DNA from: an uncultured Thermoleophilia bacterium
GTDB taxonomy: Bacteria; Actinomycetota; Thermoleophilia; UBA2241
Length of the DNA stretch: 64,000 nt
Direction of reading: 5' to 3'
Assembly (NCBI GenBank): GCA_963790185.1
Contig: CAWBNR010000011.1
Span: forward strand, 93,432 to 157,431
Shown piece after piece: positions 57,550-64,000 of the stretch (position 1 is its first letter; the number at the start of each line of letters is the position of its first letter). Position numbers and translations under genes: made by a program. The notes under the pieces were generated by a model. That model was not told where the DNA came from. It ran no database searches and saw only the letters and a program-made list of their open reading frames with translations.

Positions 57550-58830
57550 GTGAGCGCCCGGCAGCGAGCACCACTCAGCGTCTACCTCTTCGTAGGCGCG
57601 ATGTGGGCTCTCGCTGCCGGGCTCTTCTTGCTCGGCCGGAGCTTCCCGGATGGCTCTCCGAGCTTCTGGAACCTCGCCATCTTCTTCGTCCTCGCCGTCG
57701 TTGCCGAGCGCTGGGTGGTGACGGTCTCGCCCTCGAGCACGATGTCCCTCTCGTTCACCGTGCACCTCGCCGCAGGGGTCATGTTCGGACCGGTCACGGC
57801 GGCTCTCATCGCCGCCGTCGGCATCCTGGTGAGCGACGGACTCATCGAGCGCCGCGCGCCGCTCAAGGCGGCCTTCAACCTCGCCCAGATGTCCATCGCG
57901 GTCATGGCCTGCAGCATGGTGTACTACTCGCTCGGCGGGTCGTCGTCCATCGACCTCGTGCGCGACATCATCCCGCTCCTCGCCGCGGCGCTCGTCTACC
58001 CGATCGTCAACAACACGCTGGTCTGCGCCGTCCTGGGGCTGACCGGCAGGTCCTTCACGCAGGAGTGGGTCGAGTCGATCCGCGACATCATGCTGCCGTA
58101 CTTCTCGATGGCGCCGCTCGGCGCCCTGGTCGCCTACACCTACCAGGCGACACCGTGGACGATCCTCTACTTCGTGCCGCTGGTCCTCGTCATCTACAAC
58201 GGCTTCAAGCTGTTCGTCTCGCTGCAGCACGAGACCGACCAGGCCCTGGTCGCGCTCGCCGACTCGATCGAGCGTCGCGACCAGTACACGTACCAGCACT
58301 CGCAGCGTGTCGCCGCCTTGGCCAGCGAGATCGCCGCGAACCTGCGCCTCACGCCGCGAGACGCAGACCTGCTGGTCGCCGCCGCGCGCGTCCACGACCT
58401 CGGCAAGATCGCCACCGACAACCGCGTGCTGCTGAAACCGTCGACGCTGACCGACGAGGAGTGGCGCATGATCAGGGCACACGCGGCCGAGGGCAGCGAG
58501 CTCGTCGGCCACTTCAGCATGTTCCGCAAGGGTCGTCTCCTCATCCGCCATCACCACGAGCGCTGGGACGGCAGCGGCTACCCGGACGGCCTCGCCGGCG
58601 AAGTGATCCCGCTCGGCGCCCGCATCATCGCCGTCGCCGATGCCTACGACGCGATGACCTCCGACCGCCCGTACCGCCGGGCGCTGACGCACGAGGTCGC
58701 CGTCGGCGAGCTGCAGCGCGGCGCGGCACGCAGTTCGACCCCGCGGTCGTCGAGGCGCTTCCTGGCGCGCGAGCGCGCCGCCCGGCTCCAGCCGGCGCCG
58801 CCCACGGCCGAGGTGAGCACGTCGTGCTAG
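57550..58830 (+). CDS. membrane-bound HD-GYP domain phosphohydrolase (about 7 TM N-terminal domain); short garbled stretch near the 3' end
   Basis: ORF 57550..58830(+). HDLGKIA and HHERWDGSGYPDGL. The expected GTQFDPAVVEA is encoded in another frame for about 30 nt (about 58726-58755), after which the frame returns. Confidence 0.8.
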   Translation: MSARQRAPLSVYLFVGAMWALAAGLFLLGRSFPDGSPSFWNLAIFFVLAVVAERWVVTVSPSSTMSLSFTVHLAAGVMFGPVTAALIAAVGILVSDGLIERRAPLKAAFNLAQMSIAVMACSMVYYSLGGSSSIDLVRDIIPLLAAALVYPIVNNTLVCAVLGLTGRSFTQEWVESIRDIMLPYFSMAPLGALVAYTYQATPWTILYFVPLVLVIYNGFKLFVSLQHETDQALVALADSIERRDQYTYQHSQRVAALASEIAANLRLTPRDADLLVAAARVHDLGKIATDNRVLLKPSTLTDEEWRMIRAHAAEGSELVGHFSMFRKGRLLIRHHHERWDGSGYPDGLAGEVIPLGARIIAVADAYDAMTSDRPYRRALTHEVAVGELQRGAARSSTPRSSRRFLARERAARLQPAPPTAEVSTSC

Positions 58831-59410
58831 TCCTGGCCGTCGCCCTCTTCGCCGGCCTCCTCGCCGGCTACGCCCTCGGCGGCCGCCTCCGCAACATCGA
58901 GCACCTGCGCCTCCGGCCCCCTGGCTGGTCGTCGCCGCCATGGCGGTGCAGCTCGTCATCTTCTCGCCACTGGGCAGACCCCTCGGCGAGACGGCGAGCA
59001 TCGCTCTGCATCTCGTCTCGTACGCCTGCCTGCTCGTCTTCGCGTTGCTCAACCTGCGCTCGGTGGGGATCGTCGTCGCCGGCGCCGGCACGGCGCTGAA
59101 CACCCTCGTGATCGCCGTCAACGGCGGCTACATGCCCGCCTCGGAGCGCGCCCTCGAGATCGCCGGGACTGGCCGCCGAAGCCGAACCTCACAACAACTC
59201 GGCCGTCGCCGACGCAGGTGCGCGCCTGCTGCCCTGGGCGACGTGTTCGCGGTGCCCGACCGGGTGCCGCTCCTGGCCAACGTCTTCAGCGTCGGTGACG
59301 TCCTGATCGCCGCCGGGGTGGCGCTCCTGCTCGCCGCCGCCATGCGCGCGCCGCCCGACGCCGAAGCGGCTCCGGAGCGCTCGCCGCCGGGCGAGGCGGG
59401 GCCGGCGTGA
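58824..59410 (+). pseudogene. small polytopic membrane protein, DUF5317-like, frameshifted
   Basis: GTG at 58824 gives VLVLAVALFAGLLAGYALGGRLRNIEHLRL (frame of ORF 57603..59099). It continues in ORF 58940..59410 as AVQLVIFSPLG...VIAVNGGYMPAS...LGDVFAVPDRVPLLANVFSVGDVLIAAG. The family name is recalled from memory. Confidence 0.55.
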
Positions 59411-60642
59411 ACGCCGTCGCCGAGGTGGTCGGGCAACTCGTCGACTACCGGCGCCTGCTCGCGATACGCGACTACCGGCTGCTGTGGGCGTCACAGGTCG
59501 TGTCGACGTGCGGCGACCGCCTGACCCAGGTGGCGCTCGCCGCCCTCGTCTACGGCCTCACGGGATCGGAGATCGGCCTGGGGATCGTCCTTACGGTCGG
59601 CGAGCTTCCGCGGGCCGTCTTCGGCCTGCTCGCCGGCGTCGTCGCCGACCGCGTCTCGCGCAAGACCCTCCTCATGGCTACCGACTTCGTCCGCGCGGCC
59701 ATCGTCCTGCTCCTCGCCCTCTGGGCCGGGATCCCGCTGAGCGCCGTCTACGTGCTCACCGCGCTGCACGCGACGGCCACCGTCTTCTTCAGCCCCACCC
59801 GCTACGCCGTGCTCCCCGACATCGTGCCGCGCGACCACCTGCTCAGCGCCAACACCCTCGACGAGACCACGCAGGGCGCCCTCGACCCTCTCGCCTTCGT
59901 CGCCGGCGGCGCGCTCGTGGCGCTCGCCGGAGCCCGCGCCGCGTTCGGCGTCGACGCCCTCACCTTCCTGCTGTCGGCCGGCCTCATCGCGCTCACGACG
60001 CGGAGGGCCGCCGCGATGTGGCGCGCGGGGCGCGCCACATCGCGGCGGCCCGTCCACCTGGAGACGCTCGAGGGGGTCCGCGTGCTGTTCGCCGATCAAG
60101 TGCTCCGCGCGAACACGCTGCTCCTGCTGTTCGCCGGCCTCGTGGCGAGCGCCGACACGCCGCTCATCTACATGCTGGTCTTCTCACACTGGGAGCGCGG
60201 CGCCTTCGGTCTCGGACTCCTCGAGGCGGGACTCGCCGTCGGCTTCGTGCTCGGCGCCCTGGTGTGCGGCGTCGTCGTCAGCCGACTGGGCAAGGGCTAC
60301 ACGGTGCTGCTCGGGCTGGTGGGGACCGGTGTCTGCATGCTCGTCGTCGCCGTGTCGCCGTTCTGGCCGGCGGTCGTCGCGAACAGCGTGTCCGGCATCT
60401 TCAACGTCTTCTTCTTCGTGCCCAGCATCACCCTGACCCAGGAACGCGCGCCCGACGCCGCGCGAGCCCGCGTGCTCGCCTCGCGCAGCGCGCTGGTCAC
60501 GCTGAGCGTCTTCGCTTCGTACGCCGCCGCGACCGCACTGACCACGTGTGTCGCGCCCGCACGGCTGATGGCGGTGATGGGGGCGACGCTCACCGTCGCC
60601 GCCCTGTCGGCGCTCGTCGTGCCGACCCTCAGGGAGCGCTGA
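59407..60642 (+). CDS. MFS transporter (12 TM, EntS/MFS_3-like)
   Basis: ORF 59407..60642(+), 411 aa, intact. GTGA overlap with the upstream stop. AGVVADRVSRK loop motif. Confidence 0.75.
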   Translation: MNAVAEVVGQLVDYRRLLAIRDYRLLWASQVVSTCGDRLTQVALAALVYGLTGSEIGLGIVLTVGELPRAVFGLLAGVVADRVSRKTLLMATDFVRAAIVLLLALWAGIPLSAVYVLTALHATATVFFSPTRYAVLPDIVPRDHLLSANTLDETTQGALDPLAFVAGGALVALAGARAAFGVDALTFLLSAGLIALTTRRAAAMWRAGRATSRRPVHLETLEGVRVLFADQVLRANTLLLLFAGLVASADTPLIYMLVFSHWERGAFGLGLLEAGLAVGFVLGALVCGVVVSRLGKGYTVLLGLVGTGVCMLVVAVSPFWPAVVANSVSGIFNVFFFVPSITLTQERAPDAARARVLASRSALVTLSVFASYAAATALTTCVAPARLMAVMGATLTVAALSALVVPTLRER

Positions 60643-60684
60643 CCGGGCCGGGAGCCAGCGCGGCGGCGGCGTGCGTGCCGACTC

Positions 60685-61353
60685 TTACTTCTTCACGATG
60701 CCAAGCGGCAGCACGACCCGGCCGTACACCTCGTTCCACACCTGAGCGATCGAGGCGTACACGGCGGAGAGACCCACGAAGATGCCCTCGAAGCCGGCGA
60801 CCTTGGTCCAGGCCACACCGTCCATGCCGAGGAACGTGGTGTCGCCGACCCACTTGCCGATGGCGAGCAGCACGAACAGGATCGTCAGGCTGAGGAAGAC
60901 CGTCTGCAGGGCGCGGTTGATACGCAGCGTCGCGACGAACATGAGGCCGGTGAACACGCCCCACGCGAACAGGTACCAGCCGGCCGCCGTCGCGTCGGTC
61001 GTGAACTCCTCGGGCCAGATGGTCTCGACGACCCACAGCGCCACGAGGGTCATCCAGAAGAAGCCGAACGAGAGAAAGGCGGTCATCCCAAAGGTGCTGT
61101 TCTTCTTCCACTCCATGATGCCGGCGATCACCTGAGCGAGGCCGCCGTAGAAGATGCCCATGCCGATGATCATGCTGTTGAGGCCGTAGAACCCGGCGTT
61201 GTGGAGGTTCAGCAGGACCGTGGTCATACCGAACGCCATGAGGCCCAGGGGCCCAGGGTTCGCAGTCGCGTCGCGCAGGGTCGCGATCACGGTGCGGTGC
61301 TCGCCCATCGGACCGACCGTGTCCGGGGCGCGATTCTCAGCAGCTTGACTCAT
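60685..61353 (-). CDS. satP: GPR1/FUN34/YaaH-family acetate/succinate channel
   Basis: ORF 60685..61377(-), with a likely ATG at 61353 (GAGGAGG 9 nt upstream). Signature NPGPLGLMAFGMTT and six TM segments. Confidence 0.8.
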   Translation of the reverse strand: MSQAAENRAPDTVGPMGEHRTVIATLRDATANPGPLGLMAFGMTTVLLNLHNAGFYGLNSMIIGMGIFYGGLAQVIAGIMEWKKNSTFGMTAFLSFGFFWMTLVALWVVETIWPEEFTTDATAAGWYLFAWGVFTGLMFVATLRINRALQTVFLSLTILFVLLAIGKWVGDTTFLGMDGVAWTKVAGFEGIFVGLSAVYASIAQVWNEVYGRVVLPLGIVKK

Positions 61354-61609
61354 CTCCACATACCTCCTCGGTGACATGACATGCGTCTCCGCACGAAGAG
61401 GGGCGGAGCCGTGCCGGCCGACGACTGGTGAAGCTCGCGGCGGGGACGACGCGCCCCTCCCTCGAATGCGCGCACAAACCTGTGGATTGTAATCACATCA
61501 GTGGGTCGCGGCGCCATCGGCGGCAGGCGTCAAGATGTCTACCCGCGAGGCCCGTCTCCGTACACGGCGGCGAACTCGCCGGCAGCCGCCGGCGCCGTGG
61601 CGGCGCCCG

Positions 61610-63136
61610 TCAGCGCCCCTCGAGCTCGCGCGCCACCGCGGCGAATTCGCCGGCCGCGACCGCCCCGGTCGCGGCCTCGATCTCGGGCGCCAGGTAGCGG
61701 TCGCGCTCGAGCGTCGGAGCCAGGCGGCGCACGACGGCATGGCCGCGTGCCGTGCCGATACCGGGCTCGAGCGGCGCCAGCAGGTCGATCGCCTGCGCCG
61801 CGCAGAGCGCCTCGATGCCGAGGACCGTCTGCGCGTTGCGCAGGACCTGCTCGAGCTTGAGCGCAGCGGTCATGCCCATGCTGACGTGGTCCTCCTGGTC
61901 GCCCGACGTGGGGATCGAATCGACGCTCGCCGGGTGGCACAGGATCTTGTTCTCGGCGACCAGCGCCGCCGCCGTGTACTGGACGATCATGTAGCCGTTG
62001 TTGAGGCCGCTGTCGTTGGTGAGGAAGGGCGGCAGCTCGCTGAGCGAACTGGTCAGCAGGCGGAAAGTGCGGCGCTCGCTGATGTTGGCGATCTCGCTCG
62101 CGCTCATCGCCGCCAGGTCCAGCGCCAGGGCGAGCGGCTCACCGTGGAAGTTGCCGGCGGAGATGATGTCGCCGGAGTCGACGAAGACGATCGGGTTGTC
62201 GGTCACCGCCTCGATCTCGATCGAGATGACCTCGCGCAACCAGCGGAAGGCGTCGCGGCAGGCGCCGTGCACCTGGGGGATGCAGCGCACCGAGTAGGCG
62301 TCCTGCACCTTGTCGCAGTTGAGATGGCTGAGCATGATGCCGCTGCCCTCGGTGGCGCGGCGCACGTGGGCCGCCGTGAGGATCTGCCCCGGGATGGGAC
62401 GCAGCAGCTGGATACGCTCCTCGAACGGGCCGACCGAGGCGCGCAGCCCCTCGATGGTCATCGCGCCGATCACGTCGGCCGAGTCGAGGAGCGCCTCGCC
62501 GTCGACGACCGCAAGACAGCCCACGGCGGCCATGAACTGAGTGCCGTTGAGGAGGGAGACGCCCTCCTTGGCGGCCAGCGTGAGCGGTTCGAGGCCGGCC
62601 GCGCGCAGCGCCGGGAGGGCCGGCGCGCGGCCGCCCTGCTCGTCGAGCAGCTCTCCCTCCCCCATCATCGCGCGCACCACGTGCGCCGACGGCGCGAGGT
62701 CGCCCGAGGCGCCCAGCGAACCCTTCGACGGCACGTACGGCACGAGGTCGGCGTCGATCATGCCGGCCAGCAGGTCGACGACCTCGCGACGCACGCCCGA
62801 GTACCCCTTGGCGAGCGTGTTGAGGCGGATCACCATCGCGGCACGCACGACGTCGCGCGGCAGCGGGTCGCCCACGCCGACAGCGTGGCTGCGCACCAGG
62901 TTCTCCTGCAGCTCCTGCGCCTTGTCGGCCGGGATGTGCGTCGTCGCCAGCTGCCCGAAGCCGGTCGTCACGCCGTAGACGACGCGCTCCTCGGCCACCA
63001 GCCGGTCGATCAGGGCGCGTGCCGCGTCGATGCGTCGGCACGCGCCTTCACCCAGCCGCACCGGCACGCCGTCGCGCGCGGCCGCCGCGACCTGCTCGAT
63101 ACTCAGAGGTCCGTCACCGATGGTGATCGCGTCCAC
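61610..63136 (-). CDS. hutH: histidine ammonia-lyase
   Basis: ORF 61610..63136(-), 508 aa, intact. MIO-forming GSLGASGDLAPS. AAGGAG SD before the GTG at 63136. Confidence 0.95.
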   Translation of the reverse strand: MDAITIGDGPLSIEQVAAAARDGVPVRLGEGACRRIDAARALIDRLVAEERVVYGVTTGFGQLATTHIPADKAQELQENLVRSHAVGVGDPLPRDVVRAAMVIRLNTLAKGYSGVRREVVDLLAGMIDADLVPYVPSKGSLGASGDLAPSAHVVRAMMGEGELLDEQGGRAPALPALRAAGLEPLTLAAKEGVSLLNGTQFMAAVGCLAVVDGEALLDSADVIGAMTIEGLRASVGPFEERIQLLRPIPGQILTAAHVRRATEGSGIMLSHLNCDKVQDAYSVRCIPQVHGACRDAFRWLREVISIEIEAVTDNPIVFVDSGDIISAGNFHGEPLALALDLAAMSASEIANISERRTFRLLTSSLSELPPFLTNDSGLNNGYMIVQYTAAALVAENKILCHPASVDSIPTSGDQEDHVSMGMTAALKLEQVLRNAQTVLGIEALCAAQAIDLLAPLEPGIGTARGHAVVRRLAPTLERDRYLAPEIEAATGAVAAGEFAAVARELEGR

Positions 63137-63192
63137 GCTCGCTCCTTGCTCGCCGCAGGCAGTCTAGGCCCGCGACGGCCGCGGGCGCAACG

Positions 63193-63224
63193 CGGGCGGG
63201 CGCCGCTTCCGCGGCGCCCGCCCG
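63193..63224 (-). terminator. 14-bp perfect GC hairpin after the upstream hypothetical gene
   Basis: cgggcgggcgccgc (63193-206) pairs with gcggcgcccgcccg (63211-224), with loop ttcc. It lies 42 nt downstream of the stop at 63266. No U tract. Confidence 0.5.
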
Positions 63225-63265
63225 TCCCACCCTGCGAGGCCAGGGCCTCGCTCATGCCTTCGAGC

Positions 63266-64000
63266 TCAGAGCGGGTAGAGCACCTTGCTGACCGAGTACT
63301 CGGTCGAGAGACCGGTGGCGCCGTCACCGACGGCCCGCGCCCGGACCCACCACTTGACCCCGGGACTGAGGGTGACGCTCCACGCTCCGAGATCGTTGGT
63401 GTAGACGGTCTTGACGACCGCCCAGTCCTTGGTCGCGGTCTTGCGCTCGATCTTGATCGCGGTGCCGGCGGGGACCCTCTCCCCCTCGAGCGAGTAGGCG
63501 CCGTAGACCTTGTAGTAGGTGCTGTATTTGACGACCTTCCTGAGCCACAGGTTCTCAGGGTACGTGAGCGTGGCCTTGAACCCCATCGTCGTGCGGCCGG
63601 TCCTCGGTGCGCCGTCGGGGCCCAGCAGCGGGTCGGCGTAGGCCATGTAGAGATCGGGCACGTAGTGCACGGTCTTCAGCGGCCACCCCACCGTGTCCCA
63701 CCATGAGGAGGTGTCGAACGTGTCGTAGAGACCGTACCAGTCGTCGTCCGGATCGAGGGGCTCCTCTTCGTGGAGATCCGGCGCCCACGTGCCGTCGTCG
63801 GTCACGTACTGCGTGCCCGTCGCGCGGCTGTAGACGTACTGCCGGAACCAGGCCGGCATGAGTCCCTCAGCGAGATCGGGCTTGACGACGAGGTTCGCGA
63901 GGTCGGCCGGCCACTCGAGCCGCGCGCTGAACGTGCCCATCGACGTGGGCGTGACCGAGTACGGTGTCCCGATCCGGGGCCCGGTGATGCTCGCCCAGCT
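63266..64000 (-). CDS. hypothetical protein, 5' end beyond the window edge; Trp/Tyr-rich with a beta-sandwich-like C-terminus
   Basis: ORF 63266..63940(-). By hand, the frame stays open upstream to position 64000 (…SITGPRIGTPYSVTPTS-MGTFSARLEW…). I recognised no family. Confidence 0.5.
   Translation of the reverse strand, partial: SWASITGPRIGTPYSVTPTSMGTFSARLEWPADLANLVVKPDLAEGLMPAWFRQYVYSRATGTQYVTDDGTWAPDLHEEEPLDPDDDWYGLYDTFDTSSWWDTVGWPLKTVHYVPDLYMAYADPLLGPDGAPRTGRTTMGFKATLTYPENLWLRKVVKYSTYYKVYGAYSLEGERVPAGTAIKIERKTATKDWAVVKTVYTNDLGAWSVTLSPGVKWWVRARAVGDGATGLSTEYSVSKVLYPL

Noticed and set aside
47120-59240. Programmed ribosomal frameshifting or transcriptional slippage as an explanation for the broken frames.
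   Set aside because: There are dozens of breaks of both signs in at least 11 unrelated genes, with no recurring slippery heptamer or downstream structure, and a tRNA is also affected. Programmed events are rare and site-specific.
61481-61497. The AT-rich dyad tgtggattgtaatcaca upstream of the satP-like gene, considered as a CRP/FNR-type site.
   Set aside because: The half-sites TGTGG and TCACA are separated by 7 nt rather than the canonical 6, and only 5 of 8 mirrored positions pair. It may still be an operator, but I cannot support a specific call.

Overview
Very GC-rich bacterial chromosome segment (GC not computed). Gene content and order match the conserved housekeeping backbone of Actinomycetota-type genomes: valS-folC-ndk, mreBCD-mrdA-rodA, radical-SAM pair-rne-rplU-rpmA-obg-proA-nadD-rsfS, yebC-ruvCAB, queH-queA-tgt-yajC, parA-like/scpAB-rluB, an aromatic amino-acid block, cmk-plsC-ispH, and a tRNA cluster followed by tig-clpP-clpX. 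From 1 to about 49.8 kb every gene is on the minus strand, and many neighbours share 4-nt start/stop overlaps. After that, orientation is mixed: corA, a LysM gene, lexA with two SOS boxes, histidine-utilisation genes (hutU-hutI-formiminotransferase, with hutH separate), a plus-strand unit (two tiny ORFs, HD-GYP, DUF5317-like, MFS) and a satP-like gene. I saw no rRNA, CRISPR array, transposase/integrase, prophage or recognisable defence genes. The most striking observation is technical or evolutionary rather than a new system. Two blocks (about 18.3-19.3 kb and about 47.1-59.2 kb) have reading frames broken by many single-base indels, while the flanking genes are intact. The best candidates for real novelty are: a tandem pair of about 31-aa hydrophobic ORFs sharing an SGAGxKW C-terminus upstream of the HD-GYP operon; ftsZ translationally coupled between an orphan parA-like gene and scpA; and conserved function-unknown genes next to rne and rodA. 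Long antisense ORFs in the track are GC artefacts. All family assignments come from motif recognition by eye, not from database searches.
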